Translations under genes and position numbers: made by a program
Source of the DNA: a phage
Reading direction: 5' to 3' (one strand)
Length of the DNA: 64,000 nt
Assembly (NCBI GenBank): GCA_024683775.1
Contig: GCA_024683775.1_4106.1
In this document: piece after piece, positions 44,189-54,194 of the stretch
How the letters are laid out: each line of letters starts with the position of its first letter
How positions within the stretch are numbered: the first letter of the stretch is position 1
Notes under the pieces: generated by a model
What the model was told of the DNA's origin: nothing
Databases searched by the model: none
Seen by the model: only the letters and a program-made list of their open reading frames with translations

Positions 44189-44553
44189 GCCTTGATACAA
44201 CCCGTGCAACAGATTTATTAACTCGTCTGAATGATGAAGAATATCTTGCTGAAATAAAGTACAAGCTTGAAAAACTGGCACGAAGTGCTGAAGTAATTGA
44301 AGTTAAAGGTCATTTACCAATGGATCAATTCCATACGTTCAAAGAAGATATGGTTTATTATCCAAATGAAATTTGGATTGAGTGGGAACATTGGACTAAC
44401 AAAACTCTACGCATTGAAGGTTATTGTGTAAATTATGAATCTGAACCTGGTGATGTTACAAAAACTCTCTCCATTTGGTGTACAAAAACACATGAACTAG
44501 TTGAGGTGAATTTGAATTATATGAAAGGTTTCCGTTGGGGTGATGTTAAATGA
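44185..44553 (+). CDS. hypothetical protein
   Basis: 122 aa ORF. Confidence 0.55.
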   Translation: MSLDTTRATDLLTRLNDEEYLAEIKYKLEKLARSAEVIEVKGHLPMDQFHTFKEDMVYYPNEIWIEWEHWTNKTLRIEGYCVNYESEPGDVTKTLSIWCTKTHELVEVNLNYMKGFRWGDVK

Positions 44554-44825
44554 TTAAAAAACTATTGACAGTTGTCTTTGTATTCTGTACAATGTTTCTT
44601 ACAGCATGTAATGATGACGGCAGGTTTAGTGCAAAAGACTTAGTTCGTCAGGATTGTACATTCACAGGTAAGTCTTTTATTAACGAGTATGAGGTATGTA
44701 CACAATCAGGCCGTATCTGTGGTGGTTGGGAAAAACGTCAGGAGAGATTGTATGTATATGAATGCCCTGGACATCTCAACAAAGTACTAAGCACACACAA
44801 ACTTGTTTATGATAAGGTTGAATAA
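44550..44825 (+). CDS. putative lipoprotein
   Basis: 91 aa; signal peptide with lipobox LTAC. Confidence 0.55.
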   Translation: MIKKLLTVVFVFCTMFLTACNDDGRFSAKDLVRQDCTFTGKSFINEYEVCTQSGRICGGWEKRQERLYVYECPGHLNKVLSTHKLVYDKVE

Positions 44826-45040
44826 TGACTACCAATGAAATGATGCAGGTTATTTGGGATAAAGGTTGTGATATTAAAATCACTAGTACTGATGTTCGTG
44901 TATTCAAAACTGAATATATGGAGTACTTGGACCTTGATACTTATAATAATATTGTATCAATTGAACACAAAGGTGCAGTACTGGAAACAATTGACGTAGT
45001 ACTGAAGAAAGCTACCGACCTATTAGGAGCGGCAGTGTGA
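44825..45040 (+). CDS. hypothetical protein
   Basis: 71 aa ORF. Confidence 0.5.
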   Translation: MTTNEMMQVIWDKGCDIKITSTDVRVFKTEYMEYLDLDTYNNIVSIEHKGAVLETIDVVLKKATDLLGAAV

Positions 45041-45183
45041 ATAACAAAGAGTGGGAAGAGTACCGTAAGAAGTGCAGGGAGTTTGATAAAGAACTAACTG
45101 GTACAGTGAATGCAGTAATGTGGGTATCTGTAATTATTGCAGTTCTTGCGTTGGGTGCTATTATTATTAATAAATTATTCTAA
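45037..45183 (+). CDS. possible C-tail-anchored mini-protein (48 aa, GTG start)
   Basis: GTGA overlap with upstream stop; my translation VNNKEWEEYRKKCREFDKELTGTVNAVMWVSVIIAVLALGAIIINKLF. Confidence 0.3.
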   Translation: MNNKEWEEYRKKCREFDKELTGTVNAVMWVSVIIAVLALGAIIINKLF

Positions 45184-45193
45184 GGCGAATATC

Positions 45194-45394
45194 ATGTTTA
45201 CTTTATATCTCGCAGTAGTTCTCACCAATGGTGAAATCACTCGTACTATTGGTGAAGGTGTATATAAAACACCAGACCAGTGCTACTCTGCTACTCATTG
45301 GCCTCGCGATAGTGGGGATGAAACTCGCACTGAATTCAAATGCATGAAAGTAAAAGGTGATTTTGTTAACCTTAAGGTTATCGAGGCGAAATAA
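45194..45394 (+). CDS. hypothetical secreted protein
   Basis: ORF frame 45137-45394; hydrophobic N-terminus. Confidence 0.45.
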   Translation: MFTLYLAVVLTNGEITRTIGEGVYKTPDQCYSATHWPRDSGDETRTEFKCMKVKGDFVNLKVIEAK

Positions 45395-45909
45395 TGGATA
45401 TTAATGAGTTGTTGATCTTATTGTTTAATCGTGGAAATGATGTAAGACGTTCTGAATATCAAGACAAAATTCACATTGAAACTGATAAATGTTATGGTAA
45501 AACAACTCATGAGATTTTGAAGCCAAATGGCAAACGATATGCCGATGTATGTTTTCATGAACGAAGTGATGGTAGTGAAATAATCAGTACTGAAATTGTG
45601 TTTTATGATAGATCCTCGGCAGGTTCGTATGAAATAGAACTTATATATTGCCCTGGTTCAGAAACACACAATAAACGTCAGATATTATATGATGTTTATT
45701 CACCTCCAGGTGTAGCTGAATATTTTGTTATTGATTACAGTACTGAAGAAAGTGTGTTTCAACAGAGCTTGATTCATAACTTCCAGTTGAATGATCCAAA
45801 TGTACCAAAGTTGTTCAAACTACTCGATACTATCGATGTTGATTTTGAATTTGTTATGTGCATTAGAACTTCCTTGATCGATGAATTTATGGAACTACTT
45901 AATATATGA
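45394..45909 (+). CDS. FQxS-signature family protein
   Basis: 171 aa; motif EESVFQQSLIHN. Confidence 0.6.
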   Translation: MDINELLILLFNRGNDVRRSEYQDKIHIETDKCYGKTTHEILKPNGKRYADVCFHERSDGSEIISTEIVFYDRSSAGSYEIELIYCPGSETHNKRQILYDVYSPPGVAEYFVIDYSTEESVFQQSLIHNFQLNDPNVPKLFKLLDTIDVDFEFVMCIRTSLIDEFMELLNI

Positions 45910-46127
45910 ATCGTTACTACATTGTGTATGAGCATGTATCTGAGTTTAATAATGTACGTGGTTATAAGAAAGAAGTACAGAAGATTGATGTATTTGTTCG
46001 TGCATTAAGTCCAACACATGCACTATTTAAATTGTTTGATGAAGTAACTAAGTACAACACATCAAAAACACAACGCTATATTGAAACAGTACATAGTGTA
46101 ATACTCACTGAATATGATGGAGAATGA
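45906..46127 (+). CDS. hypothetical protein
   Basis: 73 aa ORF. Confidence 0.5.
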   Translation: MNRYYIVYEHVSEFNNVRGYKKEVQKIDVFVRALSPTHALFKLFDEVTKYNTSKTQRYIETVHSVILTEYDGE

Positions 46128-46130
46128 CAA

Positions 46131-46349
46131 ATGAATTTATATCTAGTTGAAGGGTCAGTACAAGTATCCAAGCAAGACGGAGAAGGGTATCGTTTTTCAC
46201 ATGTAGAATATTTTAAGTACGTAGTAAAGGCCGATGGTCAGTACGACGCAGAAATTCAGGTTGAAGAATCATTCCGTAAGAAGAATGATATTGGTAAATT
46301 TGAATACCAAGACTTACAATTCACTGTATGGCCTAGTATTAATGACTAA
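46131..46349 (+). CDS. hypothetical protein
   Basis: 72 aa ORF. Confidence 0.5.
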   Translation: MNLYLVEGSVQVSKQDGEGYRFSHVEYFKYVVKADGQYDAEIQVEESFRKKNDIGKFEYQDLQFTVWPSIND

Positions 46350-46350
46350 G

Positions 46351-46557
46351 ATGTGGTGGTGTCATGGTGTCTACAATGTCTATGAATATGGTAGATTCAA
46401 AATGAGCAGTACCTATGCCAGACGTGTTAATGCGAAAACCCAAGTTGATGCTGCTTGTGAGATTGTAGAGTGGTATGCAGAGTTCAATGCAATTGAATAT
46501 ATGTACGAAATAGTTACAATAAATGTTGTACAAATTGACACGTCTTTGATACAATAA
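46351..46557 (+). CDS. hypothetical protein
   Basis: ORF frame 46234-46557; internal start chosen after the upstream stop. Confidence 0.4.
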   Translation: MWWCHGVYNVYEYGRFKMSSTYARRVNAKTQVDAACEIVEWYAEFNAIEYMYEIVTINVVQIDTSLIQ

Positions 46558-46590
46558 CTACATCAAAAAACAACTGCAACTGAGGATACT

Positions 46591-47253
46591 ATGTTAGTTA
46601 ATCTTAATTTCATCACTTCTCCTGATTGGGCATTGCGTGGTGTTTCTTTGAACTTTAAAGAAACTAATTTCGACTACATTGGTGATTGTACTTTAGTTAA
46701 TGCTAAATTTGATCCTCATCATCCTTTTTGGGCTGAAATTCATGATCCTAATGTAAACAATAGTACATCTGTTATGACTATTGTACAGACGAAACATACA
46801 GGTATCCTCGCAGGTTACAGACCAGGACATGCGATTGAACACTTCACTGATTATGATGTAGTAGATGAGTATCCAATGATCCATGAAGATGGAAGTTTAT
46901 ACACGTCAGAAGACTTCCGTGCTATCTTTAATAGTACTGATGACATTCTACCAAGTGGTCGTCCACGTCCTGAGTCTTATCTTATGCACTCGTCTTATGG
47001 TGTAGCAGATACGCTTGAACAGATTTTGACGAAGTACAAGAACCTTATTGAAGGTCCAGAAGAAATTGTCATGTGCTATCATCCAGTACTGAAGTCTGAC
47101 CAACCAGAGAGTGGTGGGTGGCGTTGGCATAAGAATGGTGAGTACATCGGTACTAAGCGTAGTAAAGAACGCTTTGAGTACTTGTATGATGAGCCAGATG
47201 TTGAGGTTGTTTTATGTTATAATTTTCTTAAGGTGAAAAAGAAATGTATCTAG
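46591..47253 (+). CDS. hypothetical protein
   Basis: 220 aa; SD gagga. Confidence 0.6.
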   Translation: MLVNLNFITSPDWALRGVSLNFKETNFDYIGDCTLVNAKFDPHHPFWAEIHDPNVNNSTSVMTIVQTKHTGILAGYRPGHAIEHFTDYDVVDEYPMIHEDGSLYTSEDFRAIFNSTDDILPSGRPRPESYLMHSSYGVADTLEQILTKYKNLIEGPEEIVMCYHPVLKSDQPESGGWRWHKNGEYIGTKRSKERFEYLYDEPDVEVVLCYNFLKVKKKCI

Positions 47254-47486
47254 TATTGAGTTTTGTAGTTGCATTATTGTTTATGTTCTACCCTACACTA
47301 GTAGCAGTAGCCACTAAACGAAAGCTGGTGGATATCACTACTGTATTCTTGCTAAACGTGGCACTCGTTCTAGTGTCTATTATCATTCCCGTGAGCTTTA
47401 CGGTTATTGATATGGCATCTGTATTACTATTCGTCTTCAGTTATCTTATGCTTATTGAAGAAAAACCTGTTGACAAACGTTTGTAG
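47244..47486 (+). CDS. hypothetical small membrane protein
   Basis: 80 aa, two TM helices. Confidence 0.5.
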   Translation: MYLVLSFVVALLFMFYPTLVAVATKRKLVDITTVFLLNVALVLVSIIIPVSFTVIDMASVLLFVFSYLMLIEEKPVDKRL

Positions 47487-47497
47487 TACTGTATAAT
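47470..47497 (+). promoter_or_regulatory. class-B promoter TTGACA...gtagtactg-TATAAT
   Basis: TTGACA 47470-47475, TATAAT 47492-47497. Confidence 0.5.
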
Positions 47498-47544
47498 GGT
47501 TCTTGTAGTCTGAAACTTAACACTTAAACTTGAGGATATAAAAC

Positions 47545-47871
47545 ATGTTATCAGTTCTAATTTCAATTCCTGCTCTAATTCTGTTATGGGTTATGGTTTT
47601 CGAATTCTTCATTAAAGACGAAACCGAGCGTGATGAGTTTCGTGAGTTGTTTATGCTAGACTCACCTATTGCACGAATCTTCTTTGTTGTAGTACTTATT
47701 TCAGTACTGTCATGGTTAGTAAGTTTTGTATTACCAATTGGACCATTTGTTTCAATTATGAATTTAGTTGAGAACATTGTCGGTATTGTGTGGTTTATTA
47801 ATGCATTGTTTGCTGGTAAAGTTTCCATTTGGTTTGATATCTTGAAAGATAAACTAACTAGTAAGAAGTAA
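47545..47871 (+). CDS. hypothetical membrane protein
   Basis: 108 aa, three hydrophobic helices. Confidence 0.55.
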   Translation: MLSVLISIPALILLWVMVFEFFIKDETERDEFRELFMLDSPIARIFFVVVLISVLSWLVSFVLPIGPFVSIMNLVENIVGIVWFINALFAGKVSIWFDILKDKLTSKK

Positions 47872-47949
47872 CGTTCAAAAAGTCTCTAATAGTATTAAAT
47901 ACTTCTGTACAAATAATATGTGCAGAAGTATTGCTCGTTAGAGGTTATA

Positions 47950-48315
47950 ATGAAAAAATATATAAGAATGATAATGGTGTTTGTAGTATTCATGCTTTAT
48001 TCAAGGTTCAGTACAGCCGTACCTGCTTACCTTGATTGTATGGGAAACGATGGAACATGGCATGTACTTTCTAATGACCCACAAAATGGAAACAATATTG
48101 TCGTAGATAATGAGGTTTACCGTTTCAGGGCCGAGAGTTTGATTGGGAATAAAAAGGTATCGACATATAAATCAGATGCTGGTATAATAGCAAATGTAAT
48201 ATTGATAGTGGACCCCAAGACAAAGGATGGGGATATTTACATAGTCATTTATCAAGATTCGTCGAACAAACGCGATCAGGATATTGATAAATTGAATATT
48301 CATTGTGAACTTTAA
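47950..48315 (+). CDS. hypothetical secreted protein
   Basis: ORF frame 47920-48315; signal-peptide-like N-terminus. Confidence 0.5.
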   Translation: MKKYIRMIMVFVVFMLYSRFSTAVPAYLDCMGNDGTWHVLSNDPQNGNNIVVDNEVYRFRAESLIGNKKVSTYKSDAGIIANVILIVDPKTKDGDIYIVIYQDSSNKRDQDIDKLNIHCEL

Positions 48316-48325
48316 GGTATAACAA

Positions 48326-48709
48326 ATGATCAACGATGTAATGCTTTATGTATTAATTACTCCGATTCTTATTAACTCAGTAATAACTATTTCAATGGCA
48401 TTATTTGGTATAGTAGCAATTGTTTATGCGGTTAGTACTGGAAAGTATACTTTAATTAGTAAGGTTGATTCATGGTTCGCATCTGATAGTGTACCATATT
48501 CAGCTAGTATGATTACGATTGGTATTCTAATCGTTGCATTTACACTGCACTGTATTGGTTTTATTAATACAAGTATTTTTTCAGTTTTTATTGGTCTATC
48601 ATTATATCCATCACTTTGGTACTTGATTTATGTAATCGATGTTTGGTATAATAACTACAAGCAGTACAAAGTGAAGAAATCCATTTTATCCAAAGGAAAC
48701 AAATCATGA
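48326..48709 (+). CDS. hypothetical multi-pass membrane protein
   Basis: 127 aa ORF. Confidence 0.55.
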   Translation: MINDVMLYVLITPILINSVITISMALFGIVAIVYAVSTGKYTLISKVDSWFASDSVPYSASMITIGILIVAFTLHCIGFINTSIFSVFIGLSLYPSLWYLIYVIDVWYNNYKQYKVKKSILSKGNKS

Positions 48710-49056
48710 AAGTAATTTTGTTTTTTGTTTGTATGATTATATGTGGTATGTCTTATGCAGAACCATTACCTGGACTAGTCTGTACTGAAGGTGATATTAA
48801 ACACATTTACCAAGGTGATAGCGATGACCATACTATCGTTTATATCGATGGTGAAGTGTATAATTTTGTTAAAGAACATACTGTAGGTGACATTAGTTTT
48901 ACGCAGTACTCGAATGATACTGATCCCAATATGCTTGCATTTCTTCAAGTTGATGTATATGAAGAAAGTAATGGCGAACAGTATGTTAAACTTGTGATGA
49001 TGCGTAAGGCAGCAAAACAGGCAACATTCGGTGGCTTGTGTAAATATGAGGACTAA
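48706..49056 (+). CDS. hypothetical secreted protein
   Basis: 116 aa; signal-like N-terminus; shares a D-x-V-Y-x-F motif with 47950 and 53301. Confidence 0.5.
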   Translation: MKVILFFVCMIICGMSYAEPLPGLVCTEGDIKHIYQGDSDDHTIVYIDGEVYNFVKEHTVGDISFTQYSNDTDPNMLAFLQVDVYEESNGEQYVKLVMMRKAAKQATFGGLCKYED

Positions 49057-49060
49057 ACAT

Positions 49061-49252
49061 ATGTTGATTTATCAATGTGATAACATTCGTGTTATGCAGC
49101 ATCCCTACTTACAAATCTTTGATGTGCAGCAGTATATGGAAGGTGATGATCCAAGAACCTATGGTCGTAAGTATGATTACTTCACTGTAAAGCAGTGTCG
49201 TGACATCAAAGAAGTACGACAATTAGTTCAAGAACTTCAAAATAAAGGTTGA
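49061..49252 (+). CDS. hypothetical protein
   Basis: ORF frame 49031-49252; SD gagga. Confidence 0.45.
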   Translation: MLIYQCDNIRVMQHPYLQIFDVQQYMEGDDPRTYGRKYDYFTVKQCRDIKEVRQLVQELQNKG

Positions 49253-49278
49253 CTTCGGTCAACCTTTTTTGTTATAAT
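49246..49278 (+). promoter_or_regulatory. terminator-promoter cassette copy 2
   Basis: hairpin aggTTGAC-ttcg-GTCAacct 49246-49265, T-run, TATAAT 49273-49278; -35 TTGACT inside the 5' arm. Confidence 0.6.
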
Positions 49279-49307
49279 TATTTCATCAACTACTGGGGAT
49301 TTTAATT

Positions 49308-49748
49308 ATGTACGTATATCGTTTTGAACTTAAATTCAGTTATATTGAACCTAACTTAGATCCAGCAAAAACAGTAGGGCCGTTCGCACGGTACTCTTCA
49401 CGATACAGTACTAAAAATGGATTTGACCGTTTGTGCATGACCACGCCTTCGCAATTCCAACCAGAACCAACTGAAGATGGAATCTATTCAATCAAACGTG
49501 GCTGGGCATTTGGCTGTCAGAGTTTGAATGATTTGTTTAAGTTCTTTACTATGGACTTGGGTAAATTACATCGTGCAGGGTTTGCTGTATCAGTATATGA
49601 AGTTCCTGATAATCATGTTGACATTGGTCGTAGTCAGGTTCAGTACTATTGTGGTAGTGCCAATCTGGTTCGTATCATGTCAGTGAGAGAAGCAAAGGAT
49701 GAGTACCGCCAAAGTAAAAGAGTAATACATGAGGCTGTATATGGATAA
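49308..49748 (+). CDS. hypothetical protein
   Basis: 146 aa ORF. Confidence 0.55.
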   Translation: MYVYRFELKFSYIEPNLDPAKTVGPFARYSSRYSTKNGFDRLCMTTPSQFQPEPTEDGIYSIKRGWAFGCQSLNDLFKFFTMDLGKLHRAGFAVSVYEVPDNHVDIGRSQVQYYCGSANLVRIMSVREAKDEYRQSKRVIHEAVYG

Positions 49749-50085
49749 GACTCAAATAGAATTAAAAAAATTTGTATCGTTTTATCTACCCAATGACCCA
49801 CGTTGTACACAATATGATGTTGCATATTACAATGCATTGACTACGCAGTTAATGAAGAAATTCAAACAATGTTTGACTGTATTCAATGATGATGGTAGAC
49901 GTAGATATAGAATCATTCCAATGAATGATGAAAACGATAACTACTTTGACTTTGATGTTGTTTTTAGAGCATACAGTGATGATAGAATAAAATTAAATTA
50001 TGAGCAAATAATGCTTGACCTGAGTGTTATCTGTGTTATAATTACTCACATAGCCGAACTTGATGGTTTAAAAGAATGGTATTAA
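49741..50085 (+). CDS. hypothetical protein
   Basis: ORF frame 49729-50085. Confidence 0.5.
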   Translation: MDKTQIELKKFVSFYLPNDPRCTQYDVAYYNALTTQLMKKFKQCLTVFNDDGRRRYRIIPMNDENDNYFDFDVVFRAYSDDRIKLNYEQIMLDLSVICVIITHIAELDGLKEWY

Positions 50086-50099
50086 CTTAGAGGATAATC

Positions 50100-50366
50100 A
50101 TGAAGCTTAAATTACAATACAATGGTTTTACTTTGCGTAACGACACTGAGTTTGTCAATCGTTCACCAGGTGCCGAGTTGTTTTTGCGAGAGATGAACAT
50201 TCCTTTCGTCATCACTACTGTTGGTGACCGTGAAGTGCTACAATACGCAGAGCATCCAGTTATTGATGTTCCGTGGTATTCTGAGCATATGTATATGGAT
50301 ATGGCCCGTCGCTACGACTGTAAGTTCGTAGTTGAAGGTGATAAAATTACAGTCCAATTCAAATAA
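50100..50366 (+). CDS. hypothetical protein
   Basis: 88 aa; SD agagga. Confidence 0.5.
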   Translation: MKLKLQYNGFTLRNDTEFVNRSPGAELFLREMNIPFVITTVGDREVLQYAEHPVIDVPWYSEHMYMDMARRYDCKFVVEGDKITVQFK

Positions 50367-50377
50367 GGTAACTTAAA

Positions 50378-50671
50378 ATGATCAGTACTTCAGTAAATGC
50401 AAGCATCGTGGCAGACGTAGAAATGGTTAAAGAATGTACAGACGAAACCCTTCGCAACATGTACATCAATGATTTGATTTCAGAGTACGGAAGTCGTGGT
50501 GTTCATGAGTTTGTTCGCCTAAGCGGTGAATTGATGAAGAATCGCATTCGTATGAAGCTTAATGTGCATCCAAAAGCATGGGCGTTTACAATGAAGTACG
50601 CTGAAGATATTGTTGAATTGCGTCGCAATGATGTGTATAATCGTTTACACAATGGTACATTAAAGGACTAA
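50378..50671 (+). CDS. hypothetical protein
   Basis: 97 aa ORF. Confidence 0.5.
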   Translation: MISTSVNASIVADVEMVKECTDETLRNMYINDLISEYGSRGVHEFVRLSGELMKNRIRMKLNVHPKAWAFTMKYAEDIVELRRNDVYNRLHNGTLKD

Positions 50672-50676
50672 ATTAT

Positions 50677-50705
50677 AGGAATCCGTAAAAGGATTCCTGT
50701 TCTTG
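50677..50705 (+). terminator. rho-independent terminator
   Basis: aggaatcc-gtaaaa-ggattcct hairpin followed by a T-rich tract. Confidence 0.5.
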
Positions 50706-50721
50706 TTTATAAGGTAATAAA

Positions 50722-50946
50722 ATGAAATATCTAGTACTAGTACTGCTATTCTTGAGTACTGTTGTATGTGCTAAACCAAAGTATCATGTAGTGTGTATCA
50801 ACGAGATGGAAGGGTATACTGAAACATATAAGAACCATATTGTTGAAGTTGCAGCCCAAGGTTCCTATGGGACCATCATCTTCCTTAAGAACAATGTGAT
50901 TGTTCAGTACAAAAAAGATTCAAATTGTAAAGTGACTAAAAATTGA
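50722..50946 (+). CDS. hypothetical small secreted protein
   Basis: 74 aa, signal-like N-terminus. Confidence 0.5.
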   Translation: MKYLVLVLLFLSTVVCAKPKYHVVCINEMEGYTETYKNHIVEVAAQGSYGTIIFLKNNVIVQYKKDSNCKVTKN

Positions 50947-51016
50947 TCTAGATCAATTTTTCAGATATTCTCTGTAAATAATAGCAGTACAGAACATTAT
51001 TTTACGGAGGTGTAAT

Positions 51017-51253
51017 ATGGAAACTATAATCATCATATGTGCGTTGTTTGCATTTTTGGTAATGTGGTCACCAACATTCATTGCATATAAAATGAAAAAT
51101 AAAAATGCAGAAGCAATTATGTACGTAAACTTATGTTGCATACTAACTTATGGAATACTTTTATTCTTTACTGAATTTACATTAATCCCAGTAGTAGTTT
51201 GTTCATCAATGTTTATTTGGTTGTTTCTGCTTTATGAATCTATTAAAAAATAA
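51017..51253 (+). CDS. hypothetical small membrane protein
   Basis: 78 aa ORF. Confidence 0.5.
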   Translation: METIIIICALFAFLVMWSPTFIAYKMKNKNAEAIMYVNLCCILTYGILLFFTEFTLIPVVVCSSMFIWLFLLYESIKK

Positions 51254-51307
51254 AAGATATAGGGTTGGTAATATGCCATCCCTTTTACTTTATGTGGGGT
51301 TTAATTA

Positions 51308-51880
51308 ATGAATAGAAAAGGTAAGTTTAAAGTATCAAAGAAGAACAAAAGTTCTAGATTTAGACCTATAACTTTAACTTTTAAGGCTAAAGAAGAATTA
51401 ACTGCACTTAGTAAAAAGATAATTTCATCTAAGATTAAAGTATCATACGTAAATTCGGTAAAATTTCAGAAGGTTAAACCACAAGACAAACTCATTTCAC
51501 TTATATTTAAACGTAATGATTTTGAGATATTAGTAGATGATTATAGAGCCTATAATGCTGGATTCATTCATGTCACTTGTAATACCGAACTAACTGAGTT
51601 GGAACATTTGACATGTATCATAAGTGTAGATAACGGTGTGGTGAAGTACAATTTTTTACATTTTACCAATATCAATAATGGAATGGGTGTACAATCCAGA
51701 CCTATAGTACCTACATGTGATGTAACTAATTTAGCAAAGCTCAATGAAGAAGAATATTTTCAAGAAAGCATTGTAACTGAGCATTTAGATGCTATAATAG
51801 CAACTTACAAAGAATGCATATGGGTTTTGAATGCGATAAAGCCCAAATTGTGTTTAATGAATGTCGTTCGTGATTTATAA
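51308..51880 (+). CDS. FQxS-signature family protein
   Basis: 190 aa; motif EEEYFQESIVTE. Confidence 0.6.
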   Translation: MNRKGKFKVSKKNKSSRFRPITLTFKAKEELTALSKKIISSKIKVSYVNSVKFQKVKPQDKLISLIFKRNDFEILVDDYRAYNAGFIHVTCNTELTELEHLTCIISVDNGVVKYNFLHFTNINNGMGVQSRPIVPTCDVTNLAKLNEEEYFQESIVTEHLDAIIATYKECIWVLNAIKPKLCLMNVVRDL

Positions 51881-51893
51881 CTGGAGATGAAGT

Positions 51894-52337
51894 ATGGGTT
51901 GGATTAACGTTAATAGCATTGAGCTAAATGAGCAAGACATATTTGCCTTTGTTAATTTGGTAGAGAACATTGCTATTAAAGGTCGTCTGTTTAGTTCATC
52001 GGACGGTAAAAAATGGATCTCTCTTATGAACGACAATGGCGAGATTTATGACGTTATGCAACTACCTCATTGGGCTTATAAGAATACATCTGATGATGTG
52101 ATGGCTGCTGTTATGCGTGAGTTTGAGAAGCTGCCAGGTGGTGATATTAAGAACATCGTATTCAATGCAGAACGCATGAACTACACACCAGAGCAGCTTC
52201 AACAGTTGGCAATTGCTGCCTATCAAGCTGCCATTAAGAAACCTGAATGTGTGATATTAAAGTACACACCGAACTTGAAGTTAACACTAGAAGATATGGA
52301 TTCCTTTATCTTCAGTTCAGAACTTAAACAGTACTGA
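51894..52337 (+). CDS. hypothetical protein
   Basis: 147 aa ORF. Confidence 0.55.
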   Translation: MGWINVNSIELNEQDIFAFVNLVENIAIKGRLFSSSDGKKWISLMNDNGEIYDVMQLPHWAYKNTSDDVMAAVMREFEKLPGGDIKNIVFNAERMNYTPEQLQQLAIAAYQAAIKKPECVILKYTPNLKLTLEDMDSFIFSSELKQY

Positions 52338-52448
52338 TTTGACTTTGGAACAACCATTTCATATGTGATATAATCTTAAGTGTCTGTTGAAATAAACAGC
52401 ACATGAAGTATAAATATTAAAGTAATTTATCTCTTTAAGGAGTATGAA

Positions 52449-52832
52449 ATGGTTGATAAATGGAATAAGAAAGATCCATCGCATGATGTGGATATTTCTG
52501 GAATTGATAATGCACATAAGCATAAGTATCTTGATTCACTAGGTCTACTAAAGCCTGACCAAAGTCTTGCACATGATCGTCCTTCACGTGAAAAAGCTTT
52601 CAGTCTAGAATCACTAGGCCATGAATTGAATCGTGTATTTGAAGATCATCCAATTTATGTACGTGATATCATTGAGAAACTTAAAGTGACTCCTAAAGAG
52701 CACTTCAAGGCAACAGTACACGCAGCATTCCGTGCACTACATGAAGCACTAAAGAAAACTCATAACCTTCGCAAGATTCATGATGACATCGTGAACTCTA
52801 TTGAAGGCGAAAAACATAAGTTTAAAAAATAA
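52449..52832 (+). CDS. hypothetical basic protein; shares a YLDSLGLL-type motif with 54195-55688
   Basis: 127 aa; SD aaggag. Confidence 0.55.
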   Translation: MVDKWNKKDPSHDVDISGIDNAHKHKYLDSLGLLKPDQSLAHDRPSREKAFSLESLGHELNRVFEDHPIYVRDIIEKLKVTPKEHFKATVHAAFRALHEALKKTHNLRKIHDDIVNSIEGEKHKFKK

Positions 52833-52839
52833 TTAAAAG

Positions 52840-52872
52840 GGGTTGACTTCAGTCAGCCCTTTGTCGTATAAT
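52840..52872 (+). promoter_or_regulatory. terminator-promoter cassette copy 3
   Basis: hairpin gggTTGAC-ttca-GTCAgccc, TATAAT 52867-52872. Confidence 0.6.
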
Positions 52873-52919
52873 ATTTTCATCAAGTGATACAAAATACAAA
52901 CAACGTGAGGTATTAAATT

Positions 52920-53030
52920 ATGCAAGGTACTAAATTCATCATCGCTGCCCTAATCGCTGCTGTTGTAGTGGGTACAGTATGTTATTCAATTGACACCTAT
53001 ATCAATACACCTAGTGTTGAACAAACCAAA
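52920..53030 (+). CDS. possible membrane mini-protein (36 aa)
   Basis: SD tgagg; my translation MQGTKFIIAALIAAVVVGTVCYSIDTYINTPSVEQTK. Confidence 0.35.
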
Positions 53031-53041
53031 TAAGGGATATC

Positions 53042-53299
53042 ATGGCTGAAACATTATCACTATATGCGTTAGTACTGTTATTTGTCGGATTTCTTCCCGC
53101 ACTCATTACAGCCATTCGTGTTGTTAAACATGAAGCTGCATTGATTGTATGTAGTATTGGGTCGAACATTCTATTGTATTTCTTTTTGACAAATACTATT
53201 GTACTGTTTGCTTTCTTTATCATGATTCTGTGGGTACTTGTAATTCTCGGATTCTTCATTTGGTCATTGGTTGATCCTAAGAAAAAACAGGAGAAGTGA
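53042..53299 (+). CDS. hypothetical membrane protein
   Basis: 85 aa ORF. Confidence 0.5.
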   Translation: MAETLSLYALVLLFVGFLPALITAIRVVKHEAALIVCSIGSNILLYFFLTNTIVLFAFFIMILWVLVILGFFIWSLVDPKKKQEK

Positions 53300-53300
53300 A

Positions 53301-53597
53301 ATGAAATTAATTATTGTAATGATGATGTGTTTGGCTTTCCCAGTACTGGCTACTCCTAATCTGGACTGCACACTGTTGCGTTCAGATGGTGACACACTTG
53401 AAATCAACACATATGAACTCTTTGGTCCAAGTGTAGTGGAGAATGAAACCACCTACAATTTCAAAGCTATTGACTTTGAAGGTAATGTTCCAGTACTAAC
53501 TACAATGACTATTGACAAAACTACTTTACTCGGACGAATCACCACACAACGCGGAGAAAGTAAAACATTCACAGCGAAAGCTGACTGTAACTACTAA
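53301..53597 (+). CDS. hypothetical secreted protein
   Basis: ORF frame 53271-53597; SD aggagaag; signal-like N-terminus. Confidence 0.5.
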   Translation: MKLIIVMMMCLAFPVLATPNLDCTLLRSDGDTLEINTYELFGPSVVENETTYNFKAIDFEGNVPVLTTMTIDKTTLLGRITTQRGESKTFTAKADCNY

Positions 53598-53619
53598 TGG
53601 TATAGTACAGTGAAAATAG

Positions 53620-53649
53620 GGTTGACTTCGGTCAACCTTTATATATAAT
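53620..53649 (+). promoter_or_regulatory. terminator-promoter cassette copy 4
   Basis: hairpin ggTTGAC-ttcg-GTCAacc, TATAAT 53644-53649. Confidence 0.6.
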
Positions 53650-53662
53650 GGAAGAAATAAAC

Positions 53663-54190
53663 ATGGAACGTTGGAAATTAATTCCTGATTATGACTATTC
53701 AATTTCTGATCATGGAAGAGTAAGAAACGAACAAACTGGATATATAAGTTGTGGATTTAAAAATAAAGATGGGTATGTGAAGGTCGATTTGTATCGCAAT
53801 TCTGTGAAAAATAGAAAGGCGATTCATCGACTAGTAGCTGAAGCATTTTTACCACCACCCACACAGAAACAGTTACAGTGGGCAAGTAGAACAAAGAAAA
53901 AAGTTGTTCACATAAACCATAAAGATTGTAATAGAAGTAACAATCACTATTTGAATTTGGAATGGAACACAGCATCTGAAAACGTACTATATTCTTATTC
54001 ACATGGTAACGCAACAACTAATCGTGGTGCTGCTGTGTTGACATGGGAAATTGTAAGAGAAATAAGAAAAGATTATAATGATAATTATAATGATGTGATA
54101 GAATATGCACGAGAAAATTGTAATAAATACCGTGTATGTAAAAAAACAATACGTCGTATTTTATACAATCAAACATGGATAGAGGATTAA
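53663..54190 (+). CDS. HNH homing endonuclease (NUMOD4-like plus HNH_3)
   Basis: ORF frame 53648-54190, start moved past the promoter -10; WKLIPDYDYSISDHGRVRN...; INHKDCNRSNNHYLNLEW. Confidence 0.8.
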   Translation: MERWKLIPDYDYSISDHGRVRNEQTGYISCGFKNKDGYVKVDLYRNSVKNRKAIHRLVAEAFLPPPTQKQLQWASRTKKKVVHINHKDCNRSNNHYLNLEWNTASENVLYSYSHGNATTNRGAAVLTWEIVREIRKDYNDNYNDVIEYARENCNKYRVCKKTIRRILYNQTWIED

Positions 54191-54194
54191 AAAT